NCBI RefSeq assembly: GCF_023055435.1
Contig: NW_025963857.1
Span: 558,001-622,000, forward strand
DNA length: 64,000 bases
Reading direction: 5' to 3'
Origin: Haliotis rufescens
Lineage: Eukaryota
Below, piece after piece: positions 13,501-26,470 of the stretch (the first letter of the stretch is position 1; each line of letters starts with the position of its first letter). The position numbers were made by a program, and so were the translations under genes. The notes under the pieces are model-generated. The model had not been told where the DNA came from and ran no database searches. It saw nothing but the letters and a program-made list of their open reading frames with translations.

Positions 13501-16500
13501 TGAGATGTTGCTGTAAGGTCTTGATGTGAGATATTGCCGTGAGGTCTTAATGTGAGATATTGCCATGAGGTCTTGACGTGAGATATTGCTGTGAGGTCTT
13601 GATGTGAGATATTGCCGTGAGGTCTTGATGTGAGATATTGATGTGAGATATTGCCATGAGGTCTTGATGTGAGATTATGCTGTCAGGTTTTGCTGTGAGG
13701 TCTTGATATGAGATATTGCTGTAAGGTATTACTGAAAATTCTTGCTGTGAGATATTACTGCAAGGTCTTGAGTTATATTGCTGTGAGATCTTTGTGAAAA
13801 ACTTTTGTGATGTCTTGCTGTGAGATATTGCTGCAAGGTCTTGTGAGATAATGCTGAAAAATCTTTCCGTGAAGTCTTGGTGGAAAATATTTATGAGCAG
13901 TTCGTGATCGTGATGAAAAATCTTTCTGTGAGGTCTGGCTGTGAGATATTGCTACATAATGCACTACAAAACATTAACATTCTAGAAAGAAATGTATTAG
14001 TTGTTTTTATAACCGGTTTGAAAAGACCAAGTGTATTATGATTCTATCTGTCTTCTTTACACTACAGGGCGGTCGGGTAGCCTCGTGGTTAAGGTGTCGC
14101 TCGTCACGCCGAAGACCCGGGTTCGTTTCCCGACATGGTTACAATGTGTGAAGCCCATTTCTGGTGTCCCCCGCCATGATATTGCTGAAATATTGCTAAA
14201 AGCGGCGTAAAACCAAACTCACTCACTCACTCTTTACACTACATCCTAACTATCAGTGTAAGGTCTGACATGTCTCGGTGTGGCTGGAACCTCTGGAATA
14301 CTGGAGACCAAACAAACACAACAAGGATGGAACCTGGTGATTATATGATATTGTTTTCTCCCTTCGTTCATGACAGTGACAGACTATCTGGTCTGTTATT
14401 CACTCAGTATGATGCATATTGCACCATGTTTCAATGGAGACTATTACACTTACGTTAGCGTTATACGGTACTTTTGCAGTTCAAATGGCTAAGAGTCACG
14501 CAAGGGCAATGCAGGAATGTGATCGGCGTCGCCAGGCGGATCTGAAGGAGAGACAGGAAGCCTTCAGCGAGGCCTTCACTGAAGACATGGACTTCTACAA
14601 GACACATGGACACACAGAACGTAAGACAGACACTACAGACAGACACTACAGACAGACACTACAGACTGGCAGAATAGGGCCCTCCTTTGTTGCATGAGGT
14701 GTCCCTTAATGCAGTGTTGAAATAAGCAGCTGCCCTTAGGCCCGTGGCAAGTAAATATTGTGTTGGGCTCATAGTTTAAATTTGTATGGGTCCTTGTGGC
14801 CTGCAGTAAATGTACTTGTCAAATTATTTAGCCTTGTGGTTAAAGCGTTGGCTCGTCACGCTGAAGACCTGGGTTCGATTCCCGACATGGGTACAAAGTG
14901 TGAAGCCCATTTCTGGTGTCCCCCACCGTGATATTGCCGGAATATTGCTAAAAGCGGCTTAAAAACCATACTCACTCACTCACTCACTCACTATAAGCTG
15001 TAGTGTTTTAAATGAGGGCCTGACTACTTCAGTCAGGGCCTGCAGCATCTAAAGTCTGTGGGTCCTGATGACATCCTGGTATTTTATATTTCAAACACTG
15101 CCGTAATGTCTGACCATCTAGTGGTGGTGTAACAATACATTGGTACATACGATACATACGATACATACGATACATTACATTACAAGTTATGTTGGTGTGA
15201 AAACACGTGAATAATAACAGATTTAAAAAGATGAACACAACCAGCTCACACAGATTCTCTGGTATTTCCTGGTATGTATAACATTCACATCTCGCATTTT
15301 CCATCTCGGGAATTTGAAAACAAATGATTCAGGGTTGTGATTAACCTGCAGAAAAGAGGGAATATTATCTGATGAAATTAAAGGAGGGAGAGGAAAGGTG
15401 GATGAAGACTAATGGTAACTGATGTGGGATTGGCTTCCGTTACTAAAACATCTTGTGATGTGGTATTTTCACTATGTGTTGTCGATTATCAAAACTTGAG
15501 GAACCTGAGTCTACCGATGTAACCACATTCCGGCAACCAGGGTTAGGGTAGTACTGAAAAACAAAATAAATGTTTCATTGCGTGACAAAAACTGCCATTG
15601 TATCTTTTCTGTTAAACGCATGTAAAATGACAGGAAAGTACAAAATATCCTTTAGAACATCACACAGGGATGCAAAATCACCATCATAGTTACTGTTGTT
15701 ATTCTAAAGTATTCAACAATCGAGAGTTACATCCCTGACACATATCACAACATATATATGGAATAAATACCTAGTTAATTATATTCCTTAAAATGCTTGA
15801 ATGACTGAGTAAATGAAACTAATGAGCTTTACTAATGATGCTGGCATGTGTATCACTGGTCAACCCACCCCTTGTTCCAGAGCTGAAGGTGTCTGACATT
15901 CCAATGCCTAAGGTCAGCAGCCTGAGTGACATCACGATAGACGACGACCAGATGATCATCAACAGCTTCCTCGCTTCCACGGAAACAACGCCGTCCAAGG
16001 AGAGAGCTTCCGGTAAGACAAACACCAGTTGGGCTGAACACAACTTCCTCTAGACTCCTTGTGCTCTGAGTGGACCATTGATTCAGACACAATCAGGACA
16101 ACGTGGATCCTGAGGCAGGTGTACTCCTTGTGCTCTGAGTGGACCATTGATTCAGACACAATCAGGACAACGTGGATCCTGAGGCAGGTGTACTCCTTGT
16201 GCTCTGAGTGGACCATTGATTCAGACACAATCAGGACAACGTGGATCCTGAGGCGGCTGTACACCTTGTGCTCTGAGTGGACCATTGATTCAGACACAAT
16301 CAGGACAACGTGGATCCTGAGGCAGTGTACTCCTTGTACTCTGAGTGGACCATTGATTCAGACACAATCAGGACAACGTGGATCCAGAAGGAGGGTGCTA
16401 TGGGTGAACAAACAGCTTTTCTTAAACAAAGTGTACATACATTTGGAAGTTGTACAGGTAATCTGGTGTGCAGAGTGTAAAGCTTTGCAACACTACAACC

Positions 16501-17732
16501 AGCGATACAATGGTATTGGGCGGTATGTTTTTTTGGGGGAAAAATCACACGAGTACCAAACACAAGTTAACTCAAGGACTATGTGTAGTCGTGTTGTACT
16601 TGTTGTATGTTAACATGTATCCGTCACCCGTCTATTCCTCAAAATTTAATCTGTGCTTGCTTCAAATGATGTCAACAACTACAGACACTATTTGGACATA
16701 ATTATGACCATGTGGTGATGCTTGTGTAACAAATGGTTTGGGTGATGTGTCTGGGGGAGCATTCATTGAGCATGTTGAGAAATGTCTGAGTGAGATGATA
16801 GTTATATAGATGACCTAGGTGATGCGTCTGAGGGAGCATTCATTGAGGAAAAGTCTGATTGTGATAATGTTTTACAGATGAGCTAGGTAATGCGTCTGAG
16901 GGAGCATTCATTGAGGAAAAGTCTGATTGTGATAATGTTTTACAGATGAGCTAGGTGATGCATCTGAGGGAGCATTCATTGAGAAAAAGTCTGATTGTGA
17001 TAATGTTTTACAGATGACCTAGTTGATGCGTCTGAGGGAGCATTCATTGAGGAAAAGTCTTATTGTGATAATGTTTTACAGATGAGCTAGGTGATGCATC
17101 TGAGGGAGCATTCATTGAGGAAAAGTCTGATTGTGATAATGTTTTACAGATGAGCTAGGTGATGCATCTGAGGGAGCATTCATTGAGGAAAAGTCTGATT
17201 GTGATAATGTTTTACAGATGACCTAGGTGATGCGTCTGAGGGAGCATTCATTGAGGAAAAGTCTTATTGTGATAATGTTTTACAGATGAGCTAGGTGATG
17301 CATCTGAGGGAGCATTCATTGAGGAAAAGTCTGATTGTGATAATGTTTTACAGATGAGCTAGGTGATGCATCTGAGGGAGCATTCATTGAGGAAAAGTCT
17401 GATTGTGATAATGTTTTACAGATGACCTAGGTGATGCATCTGAGGGAGCATTCTTTGAAGACGATTACACGGCAGAGTACAACATACAGGATGATGAAGA
17501 CATCTTGGAGGATGATATCGACAAGATGGCTCATGAGCCTGCCGAGGGGGAAGAAGTTGTGGAAACTGGCGGTGTGAATATAGACTCAGACGATGCAGAC
17601 ATCCTTCCAACACAGAAGACGGATGCAGCAGGGGATGGAGAAGAAAGTGGCGCAGAAAAATCAGATAAGCAGTCCGAACCTTCCAACAATGTCACCGACC
17701 GAGATCAGTCTACAGAGGACACACCAAGCTAG
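10591..17732 (+). CDS. DTNBP1: Dysbindin (BLOC-1 subunit 8), 8 coding exons, about 366 aa
   Basis: Exons 10591-10652, 11661-11765, 12002-12062, 12522-12654, 13028-13183, 14480-14620, 15881-16012, 17422-17732. All introns are GT-AG with matching phases, and the total is 1101 nt. Translation MSVLESIKGTFHSVQQDIFDGLKAL...AGADLLNKYQRTWKEL...EVDSEIGQL...LATYKKKKMEEV...LKERQEAFSEAFTEDMDFY matches the dysbindin pattern (SVQQDF.SGLK, AGLELLSRY, LKERQ.FFEEAFQQDM), followed by an acidic tail. Confidence 0.93.
11010..11610. mobile_element. Decayed foldback DNA element in dysbindin intron 1
   Basis: Inverted segments AAAACCGCACTTCAGCAAAAC (about 11068) and GTTTTGCTGAAGTGCCGTTTT (about 11559). Confidence 0.5.
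13248..13955. repeat. 26-bp tandem array (GAGGTCTTGATGTGAGATATTGCCGT), decaying 3'
   Basis: Directly visible in dysbindin intron 5. Confidence 0.92.
14066..14231 (+). mobile_element. SINE family A copy (dysbindin intron 5)
   Basis: Near-identical to the 8039 copy; TSD TCTTTACACTACA. Confidence 0.9.
14830..14991 (+). mobile_element. SINE family A copy, 5'-clipped (dysbindin intron 6)
   Basis: Same body and (ACTC)n tail. Confidence 0.85.
16054..16386. repeat. 69-bp tandem array, about 5 copies
   Basis: Directly visible, about 40 nt after the exon-7 donor. Confidence 0.95.
16741..17454 (+). repeat. 68-bp tandem array containing the dysbindin last-exon acceptor, 10 copies
   Basis: AG|ATGA(C/G)CTAG with the AG ending at 16809, 16877, 16945, 17013, 17081, 17149, 17217, 17285, 17353 and 17421. 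Confidence 0.95.
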
Positions 17733-19085
17733 TTGAGACTTAGCTGAGGTCACTTTATTGTGAAAAACTACATCGTGACCAATCTCAGTGATATTACACA
17801 TACTGCTTATAGTCTCTCTCTTCATACGATTACAAGATAAGTAAAAATGTATTTGCTTAAAACGTTAAACATACTTCCAGATTGAGTCAGGGACTGCCTG
17901 AGAAGCCATTGCTAGGTAACTGGGTACATTCAGCATGGTTAAGATACTGGAGGTTCATTAACTTCCTGGTGACAGGTGTGGCACGTCAGACCCATGTATG
18001 GTGCGTACAGATATAAATGCAACTAACGTCCATACAAGTTGGGGTCACAAAGACCTGTACCTTGATTCATACTGTTCCTGAATGTAGAACTGTATTTAGT
18101 GACTTGTTTACCTAGTTGTGCTACCTTTAGCACCCAGGAAACACAGGCGTGCTTCCTTTGAAATTCATGATATACTACATTTGATAGACTACTACATTGG
18201 GCTGAAACAAGTGAAAATCCACTGATGGTAGTGGTCTTAGTCTGGTAGCATTTGAGGGCTACAATTCTGAACCAGTTCCCAAGGCTTCAGTTTTGCTACA
18301 AACTGGAACTGAATAAAACTGGTTTGGTATGTGGTCTGTTATTTTGAGGATAGAGCTCCTTTATACACATGCTTAGTAGTCATATCTGGTAGGTGGTGGA
18401 GCGTGTCATATTGCGATCCAACTGTCGAGAGACATATCATATATTGAAGATACTATCGTTAAACGCTAATCTTTGAAAAAACACCTTTAATTTTATGCAA
18501 TTATAGTAATAGACATTTTACGATGATCAACATGGAAATTGAAAAATAGGAAAAGTCGGACCTTACGTATGAGGAACATGTTCACCTGGGATTCAGGGAC
18601 CCAAGTTGCATTTCCCAGGAAAAGTATTTTTGGTACAAACATGCTTGAAACCATGGTAACAATAATATGAGATTAGGCATGTCTCATTACAGACCATTCA
18701 GTGATGACACTAATCTAGGATGTTATCAGATTTATCACACATTGGACCTCATTAATCCAGACACCTGTTATTGTAATTGTATTGTAATATGTCTGGATAA
18801 CTGAATACTCTGTGTACCTGTCTAGTTGATGTGGTTAAAATGTCCAGGACAGAGGTAGATAGTATCATGCTCCCACACTCAGCTGTTACCGGTGTGATAC
18901 AGGATGATAAGTAGTCAGTAGCTAGGTGCTACTATCAGGCACCTGATGATCTTTGGTATGTTTATTGTTGTTCAAAATGCAATGCAAGTATTTCGTTATT
19001 TATGCATAGATGTGATGCAGTTCCTCACAGGGATGTTATACCTCATGTAGCTCAGGACGTGCACGTAGGTACCTAGGTGATCAAT

Positions 19086-19335
19086 GTTTTTTGTTTGTTT
19101 GTTTTTTGTTTAACGCCACACTGAGAAATATTCCAGCTATATGACGGCGGTCTGTAAATAATGAAGTCTGGACCAAACAATCCAGTGATTGACATCATGA
19201 GCATCACTCAACGCCATTGGGATACGATAACATGCATCAACCAAATCAGTGAGTCTGACCTCCCGATCCGTTTAGTCGCCTCTTATGGCAAGCATGGGTT
19301 GCTGAAGATCTATTCTAAATCGGATTTTCACGGGT
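19086..19335 (-). mobile_element. SINE family B copy
   Basis: Reverse complement of family B. Confidence 0.85.
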
Positions 19336-20510
19336 GAAGTGATGAATGTGGCAGCGAGGTCTGCGTGATGAAGGGTCCTCCCTGTGTGGAGGGCCCGGAA
19401 ATGTCCAGAGAGTTGTATAAATATTTCCACGGTTACCGAGTAGATGTGTTGATGGGCTTCCCGTACTTCCATGTAAGGCGTTACATTATTGTTTGTTTGA
19501 TCACAGACTGTTTCCTGCTGAAGTCCTAAGTTGGGAAGTAGAGATTAGACCTGGCCAGAGACAAACACCGATAGATATTTGCCATTTGGATTGATGATGG
19601 TGCTACTGATAAAAGAGCAGTTCCCTATGGTCCATCGTCTTTAGTCTTCCCCTGATGTGCTATTGCTGGAATAATGCTATAAGTGGTGTAATAACCAACT
19701 CACTCACTCACTCACTCAACTGTACTTCGATAACTGATGGAGTAAGTTTGACAGTCTGTGTGTCAAGGACAAAGGACAGAGCTCAAGGTTTGTTAGGCCT
19801 GGAATATTAGTGCATTTCGTGATTTTTGTCAGCGGAATAAATGTGTAATTTTTTGTGATAGAATTTCATTTTTTTCCGAAAATAAGATGAGTAGATCCGT
19901 GATGCCAAAAGTAAGACCTAATGGCCTAACAAATGGATAACAAGTGGATAACAAGCGGATAACAAGGGGATAACAAGTGGCAGTGGGGTGTGTTCTCTCA
20001 CGGATGTGTCTGATTGTCCATGTGGGTAGTCTGTGAAGATTGCTCCAGGTGTCTCTGCTGTCATATTGATTGTTGCTTCATGCAGAATTAGAACACTATT
20101 CAATGTATAGAATGTGAAGTTTGTCTATATATATTATAGACAGAATATTTTATGTTGTTTCTGCAAAGGAATTTTATGACAGTTGTTTTATTTTGATATT
20201 ATATGTCTGTTAATACCAGCTATTGCACATGATGGATACTAGTTAGCGCACACTTTTAGTAGGTGTTAAAAGACATCATAGATATGAAACAATACTCATG
20301 AGGGGGTCTCAGTGGATATACCGGTACATATTGATTTGATGGTTATTAGTTTGTACTTCCCTTCCATTTTTTAACATATATTTAGACATGTTCCATCTGT
20401 ATTTATTTCCCCCCCCCCCCCCCCCCCCCTCACACACACACTTCTCCCTCCGTCTGTCCAGACCTCGTGACATCATATTATCATTATCTGGGAATGGAGG
20501 TGATTCACAT

Positions 20511-20783
20511 GAGTGAGTGAGTGAGTTGGGTTTAACGCCGCTTTTAACAGTATTCCAGTTATATCACGGCGTGTCAGCTTAATGTGGGAGGAAAGTCGAA
20601 GTGATGCAGGTCTCTTTACCACTTCGGTGAAACCCACGAGCACGGGTATGGTGCTGACAAACCTAGAAACATAATCGGGGCAAACCTGGATTCGAACCCA
20701 CAATCATGGGTTTCTGGCGTGCCCAAGGGACGCAACTCTGCACAGCGAATTGCGCTTTAGACGACTGGGCCACCAAGGCCCCC
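20511..20783 (-). mobile_element. SINE family C copy
   Basis: Reverse complement of the 62887 copy. Confidence 0.82.
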
Positions 20784-21332
20784 TGATTCAAAAGAAGCCT
20801 GTTTAGTATGTCGATGTATGTGGTGGATTTCATCAAGTCTGTCAACAAGGTTAATTAAGAAGGGGTTGCATGAGAGTGTTTCTACGTCTGTATGTACTTG
20901 AGACAATGATACGAGTAGTAGTGAGGCATGTAGGCTGAATAATTACTTAATAATGGCATTATAATAATTGTTGCCTGCCATGTCTAGACAGTGTCTGGTA
21001 TCCACATCTAGACCATGTCATGTTCACAGTTATTCAACCAAGCAAATATCGGCCATCGGTCCTCTGGTAATACAGAGACACCTGGTGGTCACCTGTTCTA
21101 TCTACAGTGTGTGAGTGAGTGTATACCTCTCTATCTTGTCTTAAGGCCAGACACATTTAGTTCCTGGTTTTACAAGTGAGTTCTACCCTGTATGCAACAA
21201 AAGGGCCAAACACATTGTACATTTGAAGAAACAAACGCTGTTAAATTGATAAAATGCCATGTAAGACCTTCGTGTCAAGATTTTGTTAAAATGAAACACA
21301 TTATTAATCCTGACCACTTTTTCTTTTACATA

Positions 21333-21647
21333 CCGTATTCGACATAATAAGCGCCCAGGGCGCTCTCAAAATTAGAAATAGGGGGCTCTTATTAGAATAT
21401 TATTTTGGTGAAAAAAAACAGAGTTGAAAGATCGTAAATTTCGTGGTTTATGCTGACAGCCTGAAATGTTTACATACGACAGATATATTTTTCCAGAATT
21501 CAATTGCCCATAATTAAGGGTGCATATAAGACACAAGTGCGTATTATACGCGAATAAATAAGTCTTGTGTACATTGATCAATCGGAAGGGGTGTTAATGA
21601 TGCCATTGGCGCTTATTAGAGTGGGGCGCTTATTACATCGAATACGG
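21333..21647. mobile_element. Tc1/mariner-pogo-type MITE
   Basis: TIR CCGTATTCGACATAATAAGCGCCC / GGGCGCTTATTACATCGAATACGG with TA TSD. A second copy lies at 36853-37185. Confidence 0.85.
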
Positions 21648-22257
21648 TATTTGTCTACTTGTCATTTTAACCAAGATATTGGTAACATAAGAAATTAGGG
21701 TTGGTCAGGTCTGTTGAGGAACTAGATTGCTGTCATGCAGGGGGGTTGCCGATGTGGGTCAGACCCGTGTACTGAAATATACAATAGCTGGATGGGTTTG
21801 TCCGGGTACAACAGTTATCTAAGTTGGTGCTGTCTCCATGTTGCTTGTGCCCTATAGTGAAGCACTAGTGTCTAGCGGTGGTAATGTACATGCAAAAAGG
21901 AAATATTGAACTCACAATGATACACTCACAAATCTTTTTATTCTTGTCAGATGATTAAAGACATCTTCAGTGACTAAGTCACTGTGGTAGAAACAATAAT
22001 TTAACAGAATCATGTATAGTTTACACTAAAATATAGCAAAATGCACTGAATGTCCATCAAAACCTATTTCATTTGAAAACTTCTTTTTGTCAGGTTTTTC
22101 ACACGTTAATTGTTTTCTTTCAAATGTTCTAAATCCACAGAAAGCTCTTTCTGAATTAGTACATTAGCGATTATGAAACAATGAGTATGTTGATGAAACA
22201 GTCAGTGGTACCACTGTCCATGCTGATACTCCCCCACTTCGTGGGGCGATATGAAGC

Positions 22258-22576
22258 GTAAACCATTAGGATGACATCATGCTATTGTTGTGCAGTTGAT
22301 TCGGAGCCAGGAAGTCACTGGCCATTCTGAACAAAATGTGAATGAGAAGGCCGGGGCATGTTGATTCTACTTCCTGAATCAACAGATCCGAGTGATTTCT
22401 TCGAATTAAACCATGTTTTGGTCGATACATATATATATAATTACTTTCTAATTTTGCATAATGACCTCCAGTTGCGTCAGCTTTCTTGGAAAGGTACGCG
22501 TTAAGAATGACAAGTTACCTCCTGGCTCAGAATAAACTGCAACAACAATAGTGTGACGTCATCACAATGGCTTAAC
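22258..22576. mobile_element. Decayed MITE
   Basis: About 45-bp imperfect inverted ends: GTAAACCATTAGGATGACATCATGCTATTGTTGTGCAGTT / AACTGCAACAACAATAGTGTGACGTCATCACAATGGCTTAAC. Confidence 0.55.
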
Positions 22577-22860
22577 ACTCGTTATTGTTGTATGTTCTTG
22601 CCGGAACCTGGGACTGGAGAACCTAGACTTGCCTGTAATATTTTTACCCCCTGCTATGTCTGTGTGTGATTATCAAATCTTTGTGTGTGTGGTTTGCCAC
22701 TGTGCTACAGTAATGTCATACGTAGGTGTACAGCAACAAGCTATGTTGATTAGGATATGTTGAAAATATTTTTTGATTAATTTGATTGTTAAAACTGCAA
22801 TTATTTTATGCAAAAATATAATAAATCCATTCCATAAAAAGACATTTGTTATGTGGTGAA

Positions 22861-23843
22861 TGCCAGGGGGATGCAAGGAGGGTGCCAGGGGGATGCCAGG
22901 AGGATACCAGGGGGATGCCAGGAGGGTGCCAGGGGGATGCCAGGAGGGTGCCAGGAGGGTGCCAGGAGGGTGCCAGGGGGATGCCAGGAGGGTGCCAGGA
23001 GGGTGCCAGGGGGATGCAGGAGGGTGCCAGGGGGATGCAGGGGGATGCCAGGAGGGTGCCAGGGGGATGCCAGGAGGGTGCCAGGGGGATGCCAGGGGGA
23101 TGCCAGGAGGGTGCCAGGAGGGTGCCAGGGGGATGCCAGGAGGGTGCCAGGGGGATGCCAGGAGGGTGCCAGGGGGGTGCCAGGAGGGTGCCAGGGGGAT
23201 GCCAGGGGGATGCCAGGAGGGTTCCAGGAGGGTGCCAGGGGGATGCCAGGAGGGTGTCAGGGGGGTGCCAGGGGGATGCCAGGGGGATGCCAGGGGATTG
23301 CCAGGGGGGTGCCAGGGGGATGCAGGAGGGTGCCAGGGGGATGCCAGGGGGATGTCAGGAGGATGCCAGGAGGATGCCAGGGGGATGCCAGGAGGGTGCC
23401 AGGAAGGTGCCAGGGGGATGCCAGGGGGATGCCAGGAGGATGCCAGGAGGGTGCCAGGAGGGTGCCAGGGGGGTGCCAGGGGGATGCCAGGAGGGTGCCA
23501 GGAGGATGCCAGGAGGGTGCCAGGGGGATGCCAGGGGGGTGCCAGGGGGATGCCAGGAGGGTGCCAGGGGGGATGCTAGGGGGATGCCAGGAGGGTGCCA
23601 GGGGGATGCCAGGGGGATGCCAGGAGGGTGCCAGGGGGATGCCAGGAGGGTGCCAGGAGGGTGCCAGGGGGATGCCAGGAGGGTGCCAGGAGGGTGCCAG
23701 AGGGATGCCAGGGGGATGCCAGGAGGGTGCCAGGAGGGTGCCAGGGGGATGCCAGGAGGGTGCCAGGAGGGTGCCAGGAGGGTGCCAGGGGGGTGCCAGG
23801 GGGATGCCAGGAGGATGCCAGGAGGGTGCCAGAGGGATGCCAA
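22861..23843. repeat. 12-bp G-rich minisatellite (TGCCAGGGGGA/TGCCAGGAGGG variants)
   Basis: Directly visible. Confidence 0.95.
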
Positions 23844-24071
23844 TGCTGGCATCTTAATGGTTCCCAGGGGAGTTCAGCGAATCAACACTTTTATCAACAC
23901 TTTGATCAAGGACTGGTCAGCTGGTCAGCTCAGAGTCGGTATTCTGTGTTAGACTGGAGTCTCCATCTTACACTGATACATGGCATCTCAGGGGGCTGGC
24001 ACTATACAGACACAGACAGACCGACACATACATACACATTCACATGTGCATGCACATCGCTATATAAGTGC

Positions 24072-24321
24072 GGTGGCCCAGTCGTCTAAGGCGCCGCGAT
24101 TGGCTGTGCAGAGTTGCATCCAATGGGCACGCCAGAAACCTACGATTGTGGGTTCGAATCCCCATTCGCCCCAATTATGTTTCAAGGTTTGTCAGCACCA
24201 TACCCGTGGGTATGTGGGTTTCACCGACGTGGTAAACGTCTGAGACCTGCATCACTTCGGGCACACTGCGATATAACTGGAACACTGTTAAAAGCGGCGT
24301 GAAACCCAACTCACTCCCTCA
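24072..24321 (+). mobile_element. SINE family C copy nested in a decayed family D SINE
   Basis: 12-bp TSD CTATATAAGTGC at 24060-71 and 24322-33. Confidence 0.85.
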
Positions 24322-24907
24322 CTATATAAGTGCAATAATCTTGAACGCAGTGTTAAACCCCATTTCATTTCAAATTGTCAGAACTTGGTTGCCCTCGTGT
24401 GATCACACTTCTTAACCAGTGCCTATGCTATCCTATGCTGGTTGTAAGAGGGATCTAATTTGACTGGATGGTTAGACTCCCTGAGTTCAACAGATGTTCT
24501 ATATACAGATTGAAAGTAATCCTGGGTGCCATTGTACAAAGCAGCCTTACCTCTGTGATTGTTGTAAGTCTGTGTTAAGGTATGGGAGTTGCGATCACCT
24601 AAGATGCTAAGATTGCTTTGTACAACGGCATAGAGAGGGGTCGGGGGTTCACAGTGTACCTCCGGTATGGTTCATGGTTCTTGGCTAACTGGACGAATGA
24701 CTGTTGAGAGGTAATAAAAACAAAACAAAACATTGTTTCGCATCATGTAGCATAAACAATTCATAAAAATGCCACACGGTTCGCAGAAAGCAGAGTGTGG
24801 CATTCGTTGCCCGTGCTGCAAGTAGATTCTACACTGGATGCATTGCAGTCGTCAGTTCAGGCTTTTCATTCAATGGAGCAAAACACACTTCATTTTTCGT
24901 TGTCGTT

Positions 24908-25100
24908 GACCAATATTCGTGGTCCTTATAGATATAACGTGGACCAATATTCATGGTCCTTATAGATATAACGTGGACCAATATTCGTGGTTCTTATGGA
25001 TATAACGTGGACCAATATTCGTGGTCCTTATAGATATAACGTGGTCCAATATTCGTGGTCCTTATAGATATAACGTGGACCAATATTCGTGGTCCTTATA
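24908..25100. repeat. 34-bp tandem array, about 5.5 copies
   Basis: Unit GACCAATATTCGTGGTCCTTATAGATATAACGTG. Confidence 0.93.
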
Positions 25101-25168
25101 AATGTAAAGTGTGTTCCCATGATAAAGAAGTTGCCATCCATAAATTCTCTTCCTTAAGTGTGGACTTG

Positions 25169-25990
25169 CTCCTAGAGTTAGTGGTTTAGTCCTAGAGTTA
25201 GTGGTTCAGTCCTGGAGTTAGTTGTTCAGTCCTGGAGTTAGTGGTTCAGTCCTAGAGTTAGTGGTTTAGTCCTAGAGTTAGTGGTTCAGTCCTAGAGTTA
25301 GTGGTTCAGTCCTGGAGTTAGTGGTTCAGTCCTGGAGTTAGTGGTTCAGTCCTGGAGTTAGTGGTTCAGTCCTAGAGTTAGTGGTTTAGTCCTAGAGTTA
25401 GTGGTTCAGTCCTAGAGTTAGTGGTTCAGTCCTGGAGTTAGTGGTTCAGTCCTAGAGTTAGTGGTTCAGTCCTAGAGTTAGTTGTTCAGTCCTGGAGTTA
25501 GTGGTTCAGTCCTAGAGTTAGTGGTTCAGTCCTAGAGTTAGTGGTTCAGTCCTGGAGTTAGTTGTTCAGTCCTGGAGTTAGTGGTTCAGTCCTGGAGTTA
25601 GTGGTTCAGTCCTAGAGTTAGTGGTTCAGTCCTAGAGTTAGTTGTTCAGTCCTGGAGTTAGTTGTTCAGTCCTAGAGTTAGTGGTTCAGTCCTGGAGTTA
25701 GTGGTTCAGTCCTAGAGTTAGTGGTTCAGTCCTAGAGTTAGTTGTTCAGTCCTGGAGTTAGTGGTTCAGTCCTGGAGTTAGTTGTTCAGTCCTAGAGTTA
25801 GTTGTTCAGTCCTGGAGTTAGTGGTTCAGTCCTAGAGTTAGTGGTTCAGTCCTAGAGTTAGTTGTTCAGTCCTGGAGTTAGTTGTTCAGTCCTAGAGTTA
25901 GTTGTTCAGTCCTAGAGTTTGTGGTACAGTCCTGGAGTTAGTGGTTCAGTCCTAGAGTTAGTGGTTCAGTCCTGGAGTTAGTGGTTCAGT
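25169..25990. repeat. 20-bp tandem array (CCT(A/G)GAGTTAGT(G/T)GTTCAGT), about 41 copies
   Basis: Directly visible. Confidence 0.96.
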
Positions 25991-26011
25991 TTCTTTATTT
26001 TAATCTATTCA

Positions 26012-26470
26012 ATAAGAGAATCACGTTTAGTTCCCCATATGTGTCATCATAAGAGAATCACTTTTAGTTCCCCATTTATGACATCATAAGAGAATCATGT
26101 ATAGTTCCCCATATATGTCATCATAAGAGAATCATGTTTAGTTCCCCATATGTCATCATGAGAGAATCACATTAAGTTCCCCATAGATGTAATCATAAGA
26201 GAATCACGTTTAGTTCCCCATATATGTCATCATAAGAGTGAGTGAGTGAGTATGGTTTTACTCCGCTTTTAGCAATATTCCAGCAATATCACAGCGGGGG
26301 ACACCAGAAATGGGCTTCACACATTGTACCCATGTCGGGAATCAAACCCGGGTCTTCGGCGTAACGAGCGAACGCTTTAACCACTGGGCTACCTGACCGC
26401 CCCTCATCATAAGAGAATCACGTTTAGTTCCCCATATGTCATCATAAGAGAATCACGTTTAGTTCCCTAT
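26012..26470. repeat. 35-37-bp tandem array interrupted by a SINE
   Basis: ATAAGAGAATCACGTTTAGTTCCCCATATGTCATC units. Confidence 0.9.
26239..26403 (-). mobile_element. SINE family A copy inserted into a 35-37 bp tandem array
   Basis: Reverse complement of family A; TSD TCATCATAAGAG. Confidence 0.9.

Noticed and set aside
22846-24089. Long ORFs (368, 334, 239, 165, 164 aa) of MPGGCQ repeats
   Set aside because: All frames are open because the 12-bp G-rich unit has no stop codons. There is no splice or homology support.
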